Shown here: positions 33,382-44,800 of the stretch, one piece after another | How the letters are laid out: every line of letters starts with the position of its first letter | Numbering within the stretch: the first letter of the stretch is position 1 | From: Takakia lepidozioides | Taxonomy: Eukaryota; Plantae; Bryophyta | Reading direction: 5' to 3' | NCBI GenBank assembly: GCA_030704615.1 | Contig: CM060734.1 | Location: 186,001 to 250,000, forward strand | Length of the DNA stretch: 64,000 bases | Notes under the pieces: model-generated | What the model was told of the DNA's origin: nothing | The model's database searches: none | The model's input: only the letters and a program-made list of their open reading frames with translations | Position numbers and translations under genes: made by a program

Positions 33382-36300
33382 GTGTGCACATCTTCCATGG
33401 CGGAAAACCCGAGCGCTACAGTGTACTGCCCTCCTCACGAGCATAGAGCTTCATTTCCGTGCAGAGGGGACATCTGCCGGGTGATGGAGAAATATCTGTG
33501 CGTTCGATACCACCTGAAACCGGGGTCGGTTTTTTTGGAGGAGGAAAGGAAGGACTCAAATGGCCTTGTTGTCGAGAGTATTGTTGTGCTCCACGATGAT
33601 TTCGGCGATGGCAGGGAATGGCGAGTTCCACCATCGGACAACGTCATATACAGGGCTGTTGGTGACTTCATTTGCCCGCCAAATGCACCTTCTATCCTGG
33701 CGCCTTCCACGAAACAATCCGCGAATCAGAGAGTGGCTACCTCAAAGAGAGAAGTCCGCAACGAAGTAAATCCAGAGCCGAACCCATCCATGAAGACGAG
33801 CGAGAACCGGGTTGTTCACAACCTATCCGACGCAGATGAGGTCATGGAAGTTCCGAGGTCGTCCTGGAGATCAGGCAAGTCCTCAATGGACGTCAGTGGA
33901 GGAGGGAGTCATATTCCCAGCACGAGCACCGCAGTTCGATCTATTCTTGAAATTCTTCGAGGGCTTCACCTGGAGGGACACCGGTCGGAGCTGGCCGGGC
34001 TGGACTACAGCAAGTTTGCAATTAAATTGGTTACATGCCTTCCCGCCGACGTCGACAGTAATATCTTCTTTGAGTTCCCTCCTCGGGCGGACTACTCGAG
34101 GGCGTCCGGAATGTTGACAGATATGGATAGAAAACATGACGGTCATCCTTGGTGCGTTACCAAAATCACCAGCATGAAGATGCTTGATGGTGTGCGGGTG
34201 CGCTACGTTGTTTGTGCGGGCGTGTTGCGGTGTTTCTCCCCAACTTGCTTCCACTTTAAATCCAGAGGTCACAAGAACGAGACCGATTGGACAGGCACAG
34301 CTCATCAACCATTTCGAGCTCAGGAGAAGGTTCCGAACTCCACATTTAAGTGTGTGCATTGCAAAGAACCACCACACTGCATGTCTGTTTGTAATGCCAA
34401 GCAGTTCTATGTGTTGCACCGTTTCCCTGACCTCACCCGAGCTTGCATACACGTTGGTTCCCATTGTCACAAATTGGCGAGGGGGAACTCGCGGGAGGTT
34501 GCCCACGATGCAGAGCAGCTCGTTCAGGAGGAGGTTAAGTTGAGACCGGGTGCCAAACCCAAACAGATACAGCTCCAAGCCGCCCATAAGATGGCATTGG
34601 CCAGAATTATGTCGGAAGACGGCTCCGATAGAGTTCCTCTCGACGAGAAGGAAATGGAGGCATTGCTGGAGTCGGTGTCCCACGTATGTTCACCGAATGT
34701 CCGAAACCACATTGTCTCATGCAAACGAAAATTGGGCGTGGCTCGGATATGCACTCCATTCTGGAGGTGAAGCGACGATGTGGATATGACTACATTCATG
34801 GAAGTAGGTTTCCAGGACAAGGGACTGAGGCAGATCGTTGTTTCGTATTGAAAATGTCCACGTGTGGACCTGGCAGTGGCGTCGAACTGGTCGACAGGAT
34901 GACGAGTGGGAACTTGTCAAACAGTTGGGTCATGTTCGACCATATCAAGCGAATTACAAATCACCAGTGGGTGACAATGGGTGCACATGTCTACGACACC
35001 CACTGCAGGATGCTAATGACAATTGCTATTTGTGAGATGAAAGGAGAGGACACACAATCGGAGATGCTTCTTTGGCAGGGAATAAACGAACAGATGGCCA
35101 AGGCGGGATTGCCCCCTCCCAATTTCCGTGGTTTCATGGCGGACAACGCACAAGCAAATTGGGCTGCCATCCGAAGGGTGTACGGGCAAGACCCCAATGT
35201 TCCCATGGAAGGCAAGGAGAGATCTTGTGGGTTCCATTTTCTGCAGAGCCTTTCGCAGTACACAACCAGGCTCGTGGCGCCAGATTTCAGAGAGGAGCAC
35301 CGTTCCATGTGCCTTGCGTGGAAGCGCGCTCCCACCTTGGATGATGCAGAGACACAGTTTGCATGCATACGGGCTTGGTGGACATCGTCAGGTGCTGTAA
35401 GGAAATCAGACGAAGGAGCAATGGTCAGTTGGCTAGCATGGTGGCATTATCGTTTCCTCCTCCAGTTCGGCGACTATATGCGGGAGGTGAGTTGCCACGA
35501 ATTCGCGTCCCGTTGGATATTATTCTTGGCCATATTTGTAACTTGCTTGTAACCTGAACATGTGCTTGTGCAGGAAATGTGTCTCGACTCCGACACCGAC
35601 ATGCCCATGACAAACATGGCCGAATCAGTGCACTCTTCCTGGCGTGCCTCCTCTGCGGCGCATCTGGTGGACATCCTCACTGCCACAACGGAGGACATTG
35701 TGAGGTCAATTATGCAGCAATGCAGGTACAACGAGTTCTTGAAAGGGAAACAGTGGGCTTGGGCCGGACAGGCAGGAAATGCTGATGCGGACTGCCTCCA
35801 GATCGAAGAATCCTCGGAAGTGGGCGGCGGCCTTGCAAGAGGGCCTTCGGGACACGCCATTGCTGCGAAGAGGCCAACATTTGGAAGGAGATGTTCATAC
35901 CCGTCCAGTGAGACAAAGACTTGACGAGGCACCTGGCGGAGAAGAGGATTCATGGCGAGCTGACAAGAATATTCGCACGCTCCCTCGTGGTCCGGTGATG
36001 TTGTCCGAGGAGGTCTCGTCGAGCACCGGAAGTCCTGCACGTTCAAGATCGCCATCTCCTTTGAGCACAGGGCGCGTGCCCCGGCAACATAACGAGCCAT
36101 CTGTAGTAGTAAAGCAATACAACATTCCCATTGTGGAGAGAAGAGTGTCGGAGTCACAGTGGAGAATTGCGAGGACATTGCCGGCATTTCGAGGGAAGTG
36201 TTGCGCCATCCGGGTGGATACGAGAGCACGCTGTGGTGAGATGATTCGGAGGAACCCACACGGTGCTGTACCTGCACCTTGTTTCAGCGGCAGATTTTTG

Positions 36301-36991
36301 ACTCCCACATTTGCTCACGCCACAACGCAGACATTTTGGTTCTGTAGGCACGACATAATGACCTGTGTATTTGGCAAGCCCAAGTACGGGATTCAGGGAA
36401 TGCCGGAGCCTCTGGGCATCTGGCCTGTTGCACCGGGTTGCAGCCTCTCTCAGAATGAGGCGGATGCTCTATCTGCAACAGGATTTCGAATGGTGCAACG
36501 CACAGACATCCCGGCCCACGCATTTCCGGTTCCTCAGACCCAGCCATTGCAGACTGCTCGGTCCATAGAGACGGATTGGACAATTCTGCACATCCCACAA
36601 TGCGATTCGGAAGAGTGAAGAGACGACACCCTCCCAACAAGTTGAATGAGACTCGGATTGCCAATGCTCTTGGGATGGCTTGCACTATTCAGAGCTCCGT
36701 GGACGTACCCCCACCCGGCCTTGGGCGTGTGTATCGGATGGCAACGGCCGGCTCGGCTGTACGCGACGATGTATACACAATTACGATTGGAGTGGAGCCG
36801 ACTTGCAACTGTACGGACTTCTCGTTGATGGAAGCAAAGAAGGGTTCGAAGTATTATCCGTGCAAGCATCTGTATACATTTACCTGAAGAGGTTAAGGAT
36901 GAACGTGACTATTGATGACTTTATTCATGCACCGGCGTTGAGCGTGAACGAGCTGCACAAACTCCTCCTTAGGGATTCCAGAAATCATTGA
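33382..36991 (+). pseudogene. Mutator-like (MULE) DDE transposase: GCM-like zinc domain, DDE core with CxxH, C-terminal SWIM; one intron; at least 4 frameshifts
   Basis: N-terminal DGHPW..CAGVLRC..CVHC..CIHVGSHCH (GCM-like). Core: VMFD (34938), MADNAQA (35142), CGFH (35226), intron 35487-35573, TNMAES (35622). SWIM CNC..CKH at 36804-36869. Frameshifts near 34730 and 35760 are absent from the second copy. Confidence 0.82.
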
Positions 36992-37139
36992 TGGGGCAAA
37001 CGGAATCCTCCATATGGATATTTTCAAATGCATTTTGCTGTATCAGACTTTTTTTTGTAGTGTAATGAAATGCACCCCAAAACTCCTGGAATGAGGCAAT
37101 ATTCTATTCAAACTGAGATCCAACAGAAGCAGTTGTGGG

Positions 37140-37760
37140 GCCATTTCTGGAAAAATGGCGCCGAATTTCTCTTTTTGGGGCCGAAAACTCGCTAAGTCCC
37201 AACATGCATTGGTACCTGTGTTTGGGAAAATGGCGCCGAATTTCTCTTTTTGGGGCCGAAAACTGGCTAAGTCCCAACATGCACTGGTACTGTGTCTGGA
37301 AAAATGGCGCCGAATTTCTCTTTTTTGGGCCGAAAACTGGCTAAGTCCGAACATGCACTGGAAAAATGGCGCCGAATTACCTGTCATGAGGGGACCTATA
37401 GCCGCGGAATTCGGCACCATTTTTCGCCAGAGAGACCTATTGCCGCGAAATACGTCGCCGTTTTTTCAGGTTACGGACCCTATTACCGCGAAATTCGGCG
37501 CCATATTTGCACATGTCGCTGGGAATTGGCATGAGCGGAAGACGAAATATCATGAGCACAACTGTCAAAAGTGCAATTTTCCCTTCAAGGGGCCGAATAA
37601 TATATTTGTTTTTTCTGACACATTGCATTAAATTATTGTTTTTTTATTGTTTTTTATTTTCGAAATTTGTACTTCTGCTCATGAAAACCGATTGTGTTAC
37701 TACTCTGCTCATGCCGCTCATGCCGCTCATGCCGCTCATGCTCATGAAATAGCAAACCTC
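37140..37760. repeat. Subterminal palindrome array (74-75-bp units) and terminal (CTCATGCCG)n/TIR region
   Basis: GGCGCC cores at 37157, 37232, 37306, 37368. The segment 37380-37760 is an inverted homolog of 59181-59540. Confidence 0.85.
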
Positions 37761-37990
37761 CTGTAAGCAGTCAGCTGAGTAAGAAAAGAATCCCAGTCCA
37801 TGGGCCTGCAAAATAGGAACATGCAAGGGAGTATGAGCCTTGTGCCCATACAACAATTCAAAGGGAGTGAGGCGAGTGCTAGCATGCACAGAGGTCCTAT
37901 AAGCAAAAATTAGGATAAGCAGCATGATATCCCACTCATCTGTCAAGGCACCATTCTTTTCCAGAAGCTTACACATCGTTTTGTTGAACG
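37761..37990 (-). mobile_element. Gypsy-type integrase core fragment (upstream half of the target site)
   Basis: WD..L..LIFAYRTSVHASTRLTPFELLYG, ending ...ADCLQ at the TSD. Confidence 0.8.
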
Positions 37991-38689
37991 ATTTTTATAC
38001 ACCCATCCCTTAGCCAATCTTGGTGGGTACTCTAGATAGGAGGTATTGGAATACTCTAAGTATTCATGTTGTTCAGAATCGGTAGACATGACTTGTTGCG
38101 GATGGTATCATGGCGGATCAATGAGGGTTTATACTTCTGGCTAGGACAAGGCTTCATGACGTCAGTGAACTTGGGTATCCTTTACGTAGATAGGTTGGTT
38201 CTCCTTAATGAAGATAGTTCATGTTTCTGTGTAAGGCTCTTCACTGGCTTCTGTAGCTATCAATCTCTACTTAGGTATTCAATAATGCGGGTGTTTATAT
38301 ATCAAGTACATTCCTAAGTATGTGGGATCTCAACACCCGGATGTTGAGATCTTTCCTAACAATCATTCTCATTACTTACGCATTCACATTACAGGCTTAA
38401 AGACACAAGTATGGATTCTGAATAAGCATCATCTTTATCAGCTCATAGCAATGAATACAAGGTTCTTTATCCCTCATCACGCTCTGTCGAAGTGCGTCCT
38501 ACTCTGGAACAGACGCGTAAACTCTTACATGCAGTGCCTGCTGCCCATCCGCCCATGCGATGGCCAGGCGTCGCCGCCTGGCCTCGGCGCCAGGTGGCGA
38601 CCTGCGGGGTTGGCGTCGCACGTTCAGCGCCGCGCGGGGTGTGGGGGCGCAGCTGGCGTCGCCAAACCCCCCCATTTGCTGTAGTGATT

Positions 38690-39771
38690 TTGGTTCATGC
38701 CTCCTACATATTGCCAAGGGGATGTGGTGTGTGCGGATGAACGACACAACGGTCTTCGCTCGCTTGATAAGTTGTTTCACCTACTGTTCTTTTCCCCAAT
38801 CTTTCAAAATGAGGTCAAGGATATGAGCAGCACAGCCTTGATAGTACATATGGGGATATCGTGCCAATAACATGTCTGCAATGTTTCTCATGTTAGCGGC
38901 ATTGTCTGTGCATATTTGCACGATTCTATCACTTCCGACCTGTTCGATGAAGGTCCGTCAATAGCTGACATTGATAACGTCAATCTTTCTTCTCGCCGTT
39001 AGTGTCTACCGATCCTAAGAATTGTTCCCCAGCTGGACATACGAGCATGACATTGAACAATGATCTGTTTGTAATAGAACTCCAACCATCGGCACATATA
39101 GTATATTTTCTGAGAGACTCGCTCGTCGTATCGTTGACATTTTGGGTAAGCTTTGTCATGACGTCTTCTAGCAATCATGTGCGGAGATTGTGATAAGAAA
39201 AAGGCACGTACGTGGATTTGGACTCCGAGGTTGCTCTAACTGCAGAAACAAATGCCGGAAGCCTTGCCACATTAAACGGTATGTTAGCCTCGAAGAAAAA
39301 CTACGTCCATTTTTTATCCAATTGCCTTTTCGCAGACAAGTTGAGGCCTTCCTGCATGGATTGCTGCCGTAATCCTCTACTTCGTTAAAGTGTAAGGGTA
39401 CAAAGAGGTGTTAAAGCAGGTGTTGCTTCGGCACAACCCACTTGTCCAAGGACACCTGAAGCCTCACAAGAGTCCCCTTAGGTACTGATCGGGGCATCCT
39501 GACGGGAAGATGAAGTGTTCTGCTCTGAGGTCGTGTCAAGGTCCAGAGACATTGGAATAATATTGCCTCCACACTGGGCAAAGTGGGTTTTTACCCGCAT
39601 AGATGCTTTAAGGCATAAGCCCATCCCGACGACCTTCCCACATTTATAGCCGAGGCGATGCAACAGCCTATCCTTACAATAAGAAAACTTCAGTCCACAT
39701 AGGTTGCACTCAACACTGCCAGTGTTCGGGATTACCCTATACCAAGGGCTCCATTCCTCCCTCATCTTCAT
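38690..39771 (-). pseudogene. hAT transposase remnant (BED finger + DUF659-type region)
   Basis: W...VECNLC...RLLHRLG (BED), TICADGWSS..N..L, VQICTDNAANM and CAAHILDLILKDWGK. Confidence 0.85.
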
Positions 39772-40179
39772 CCAATATTCACTCCTCTAGTGATGTAAGC
39801 AACAAAAAACAGTGACTTGTATATGAACCTGTGAATGTAGAGTGCAATGCGACAGCCCAACACTTTTACACCAACCTAAGTAGGTCGATGCACCTTATAG
39901 TGTTGAGCTTATACACAATATGCTGAAGTGACTTTAGTGGAAGCCACAACAGCAAAAGGTGCGCACCTTCCTCTTGGGCTATACTTTCGTTCAATGGAAG
40001 AGAACATCCATCGTAACCTCAAGTGTTTGTGCCAAAAAAAATGAGGAGCTTGGTGACCCTGGTCCCTTATATATGTTGCAGGAAGGATAAAAGTAAAATG
40101 AAAGTGAAATGAAAAAATGACCGACCAATAGCGCCCACCCGAAAAATGCGGTACAACCATATTTGTTATAGTTTTAAAA

Positions 40180-41050
40180 TGAAACGACCGCTAATACTGC
40201 GGTCGTTATTTTTTTATTTTATAAAACACAAGCGACCGCCAATATTGCGGTCGCTTTTATTTCCTTTGATTTTGTAAAATATTGCGGTCGGTTGTATTTT
40301 TATCATTTTCTAAATTACAAGCGACCGCCAATATGGTGGTCGTTTTTATTTATTTATTTATTTAAATTAGAGCGACCGCCAATCTGGCGGTCGCTATTAT
40401 TTTTTGCGACCACCGGTATTCCAGTCGCTTATATTTTCTTACGACGCTTTAGTTTTATATTTTAAAATAATGCAACCGCCATAAAATTCTTAATATTTTT
40501 AAAATACAGTGACCGCCAGTATGGTGGTCGTTTTTAATTTTTTATATTTTTAAATTTGAGTGACCGCCAGTCTGGCGGTCGCCATTACTTTTTTATTTTC
40601 CAATATAAAGCGACCTTCGGTATTGGGGTCGTTTCTATTTTTTTATGTCGCTTATATTTTTTATATTTTTAAAATAAAGCGACAGCCATATGGTGGTCGC
40701 TTGTTTTTTTATATATATTTTAAAGATAAAGCCGCTTTTTTTTTTTTAATTTTAAAAATAAGGCGACCGCCAATGTGGCGGTCGCGTATTTCATTTTATT
40801 TCTAAAATAAAGCGACCGCCAGTATGGCGGTCTCTTGGTTTTTATATATATTTTCAAATAAAACGACTGTCAATATGGCGATCACTTATTTTTATTATTT
40901 TAGAAATAAGACGACCGCCAATGTGGCGGTCGCGTGTTTTATTTTATTTTTAAATTAAAGCGACCGCTAATATGGCGGTCTCTTGTTTAAAAATAAATAA
41001 ATAAAGCAACTGCCGCTCTTATTTGTCTTATTTCGAAATATAAAGCGACC
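40180..41050. repeat. Array of hairpin motifs GCGACCGCC-N5-GGCGGTCGC separated by A/T tracts (probable hAT subterminal repeats)
   Basis: More than a dozen degenerate copies, e.g. 40372-40394, 40763-40785, 40812-40831, 40912-40933. Confidence 0.8.
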
Positions 41051-41379
41051 TGTCGGCAACGTGACTGCTTAAATGGCAATGTTTTACCTAGTTGTTTTTT
41101 TACTAGAATATTCTCGGAACCTGACGTGACGGAGGTCTCGTCAGCGTCAGGTCTAACGTGACCTGACGCTGACTGATGTCACTGATGCTAATAACCGGGG
41201 TTTAAAGAGAGAGAGAAAAAACTCCGGCCAAAGCCGGCGTAACTAAGAGCCTCTTCGCCTTACGGCTACTGCCCCTTTCGGGGATGGGCCCTATTTTTGC
41301 TATCCTCTGCCGACACTGGGGCCAACATGGTCAGCATGCTGGGCCTGGGTCGACCTCGTCCTTCTGGGACGGGGACTGC

Positions 41380-44300
41380 AGAGTTTAAAGAATTTGAAGA
41401 GGAGAAGATGAAATTGGGGGTCAAGTGCTTGGAGGATTGCATTTGGGATCAGGTCAGGTCCAGGGGTTTTGGATTTGGATAGGGCTTTTAGGCATGAGTT
41501 ATACATGTTAATTGTAAAGAGGTCATGGATGTGATCAGAGGGGGAGCCTCGTCGGTCTAGTGTGAAACCGTCTAGGTCATGCCACGGATAGTGCTTGACT
41601 TTACACGTGCTGTTTTGGTTATGATGGTTTGGGTGTAGACAGTTAGTGGTAGTGGGCATGTATGAGGCTGCAGCTTGGATCCAGATCTCGTTCTTGATGT
41701 CAACGGGTTTAGTTTATAAGTGGCCAAGCCTATGCTTGAGGCGGTCAATGGGTGGGTTTAGTGCAGGATTGAAGATGGCTTTGTGAGCTTTTTTGGGATG
41801 ATCATGTAGTAGCTGATTGAAAGAAGCAACAATTTTTTTGTGATTGAAAACCAAAAACCTTGAGCTAGAGTGGGTTCAAGGAACTTATGAAAAGACAGTT
41901 TGTGCCCCTCAACGCGTCCTGGCTCGCCCGGGACAAGATGATGAACTTGAAACAAATTGATGACATTCGGGGATATGTGTTCAGGCTTTCAATGTGCTAT
42001 TGCTCGAAGTCGCGGATATGGCAGAGCCAGAAATGGTCTTCAACTTTGTGGCGGGATTGGCCCCATAGGCCAGACAGAAGTTGGAGGAAAAGCCACCGAA
42101 GACTTTGAACGAGGCAATTCCCGTAGCTTTTTGTTTGGTACTGATTATGTAGGCTGTTTTTTGGGATTCTCTGCCCAGTTTGGATAGGGCAACAATCCAG
42201 GTAAGGATGGTGGGTGGGTCTTTGGGGGAGGGGGGGCATGAGGGCACGACAGGCAGAGAAGGTGTTGAGGCTGGTGATGCGGGGGTCTGACCTCTAGTTA
42301 TTGTGAAGTGAGGGTAGTGACAAGTAGGGTACGATAGTGAGGGCCCGTTGAACGGTGTGATAAATGTTGAGGTGAGTTCCAAGCACGTTTTTGTGATCTA
42401 GTAAGGTAACCACCATTTTGTTTGGAACGGGTGGTTTGAGGAATGACAGGGGGGGCAGAACATGTGGCAGTGACGCTTTTTGTCATTTCTTGTATTAATG
42501 ATGCTAGTGTGTGCTCTGCATCAAACCAAGTGGCCTCGGGAGAGTGCGATAGGTTAGTGTCAGAGAGGATGTGCGAGAGTTTAAGCGTGAGGATCGAGAC
42601 AGTTGGATGAAAGTGATTTTGGAATGCAACAATGTTGCATTGTGGTAGTGGGGAGAGGATCCGGGGCTGAGGGGTGGGGGTTGGGTGTCGCGGCCCTTTG
42701 CCTTGAGGGCAGGGGGTCGGGACACAAGAGGGGCTGCCCCTGTGGTGGGGGCAGTGGCAGCGATAGGTATGGGGGGCTGAAGCACCCTTGAGTGCCCAAG
42801 GCACTCAGGAGGCAGAGGCGCTCACTAGGTGGAGCCCCGCACACCGGGTTGCGGTGGGGGTGGCTCCACAAGGGGTGGTGGTAGCTTAGCGGGACTTAGT
42901 GGGGTGGCATAGGACTCACCCTGGGGCGGAGACCTCGTGGTGGGAGTCGTGGGGAGTCTTGGGACTCATCACGGTCCATAGGGGCCGTGGTGGGTGGGCC
43001 AAGACTCACCGCGACTCATCACCGGGAGTCGAGGGTGTTCGTGGTGGTTCGCCATAAAATGGCATGGTTGTTTGTGAAACCCCCGTGGACAGCTACAGAA
43101 GTATATATAGGGAGTAGTAACCCCGAGAACGGTGCAAGCCCGTTGGTGACCAAAAACTAGTGAGTAAGCGAGCGAGCCGGAAAGCGACCAAAGAGTGGGG
43201 AGCTGTTCCGGACTGCCAACTACCAAAGGGAATTCCGCTGGTTCCAAATCGTTGGAGGGTTCTTTGGGAGATCAAAGGGGGACCGTTATGCCCCGGTGAG
43301 CAGCCGGAGCTCCAAGTTGGTCCGGCGGCCAGGTTGGGAGTTAGGCGCGCGCATCAAGCGAGTAACTATGACTTGAGGGGAGAGCTTACCGAAGTGAGGT
43401 GCGCGACATTGGGGCTAGAGGGACCGGTCGTATGGGGATAAGGGATGGGGGGAGGGAGATGGATACCGGGTAGTGATCAGAGTTACATAAGCTGTCGGTG
43501 TGGATGTGGTGGCTCATGAGATACGTCGGGATTTGGGTGTGTGTCCGGAGGTAGAAACCGTCAATAAAGCTTAATGATGAGTAGTGGAGCCCACTTTGTC
43601 GCACGAGTAGTGGTGGTGGGCTGGGATGTAGGAGAATTGATGTTGTTGTATAAATTTATCCCAATCATGGTCGAGTGGGATAGGAGTTTTGTGTAGGCCA
43701 TTGAATGTGTGTCCAAGTAGGGCAATGTCACAGCTAAAGTCACCGGCGAGTATGTAGTGGAAGTGTTGATGTTCAGGGTGGGAGACAGTGTTAGAGATAG
43801 TGTGTAGTATTTCCGGTATCAAAGCTAGGTCTTCAGTGTGCGAGGGCATATATAGGTGGATTAAGGTGATGGGGTCGAGGGCGGGTAGGGGGATTTGGAT
43901 AATTTGTAAATAAGAACGGAGGGGGATAGGTACGGATATTTTTAAGTGTAGAGCTGGGGGAGTGATGTGTTCAGAGGATACCGAGTGCCATGCCACCATG
44001 AGAGGGGCTATATGGGGCAGAGCGATGTTTAAGGCATTGTGATGCAGTTAGGGGGGTGCCGTATAGGAGGTAGTAGTCTGGCAGGAGTTTGTTGATGTAT
44101 GAACTGGTGGAATTGTTAGTGTGTAGTTTGGTTTCTTGTAAGAGAATAATGTGAGGGGCCATGGAATCTGTGAGGAGGTGAATTAAACTTTGGATGCTTG
44201 AGGCTAGAGAGCCCACGTTCCAAGTAGTGATGGTAAGAGTGTGAGAGCATATGTCGGGGGGGTTAGGGGGATGACTGGGTGAGGTGTCCGGTGTGGGAGT

Positions 44301-44738
44301 TTGAGGTTGGGTTGGGGGTGGAGATGGTTGCGGTGGCACAGGAGCAGGTGGAGGTTGGTAAGCGAGAAGGGGGTAAGGATAGTAAGGGTAGCCGAGAGAA
44401 CCCTTTCAGAGAGAAATGGGAATTTATTGGTGATGCTTTGGTGGTCTTGGTCCGTGTTGGTCGTGAGGGTAGCAAGGTGGTCACCGAGCTTCTTGTGCAA
44501 AATGCTCGGTTGTGATTGTAGCAGATTGAGCGATGTGAGTAGGTGTGATAAGCAGTGAGTTGGGGCTAGGTAGTTGTTAGGATATGGGGGAAGAGATTGT
44601 AAATCATGTAAAGTAGAAATGATTTGAGAGTCTGGTTGTGTGGTTAAGTAGGCGTCACATTCTTTGGGTAGTGGGGAGATGATGACGATGAGAGAAGAGA
44701 AGATGTTGTGCTGGGTAGGTGTTGAGTTTTAGAATAGC
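41380..44738 (-). mobile_element. Decayed Dualen-like LINE: APE endonuclease through the start of RT
   Basis: APE motifs LTITTWNV, IILLQETK, IHLYMPSH, ILAGDF, FIDGF and SDHYPV. RT domain 0 (KTPGPDLIPN) at ~41445-41470, then truncated. Confidence 0.85.
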
Positions 44739-44800
44739 CTTGGAGTAGCACACCGGTTAGACCATCGTGGGCAAGAGCAGCCCCCGCAATTACCCATACG

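Larger units (their letters stand above)
29491..37760. mobile_element. Transposase-bearing arm of a ~14-kb Mutator-like DNA transposon (inverted relative to its other arm)
   Basis: Ends in ...CATGCCGCTCATGCTCATGAAATAGCAAACCTC (37760) followed by CTGTAAGCA, the reverse complement of the TSD at 50377-50385. Contains the transposase and palindrome arrays. Confidence 0.8.

Noticed and set aside
33382-36991. Zisupton/KDZ or hAT assignment of the SWIM-bearing transposase
   Set aside because: D..D-CxxH-TNxxES spacing, a 9-bp TSD and G-starting termini fit Mutator-like elements better. Phylogeny is still needed.
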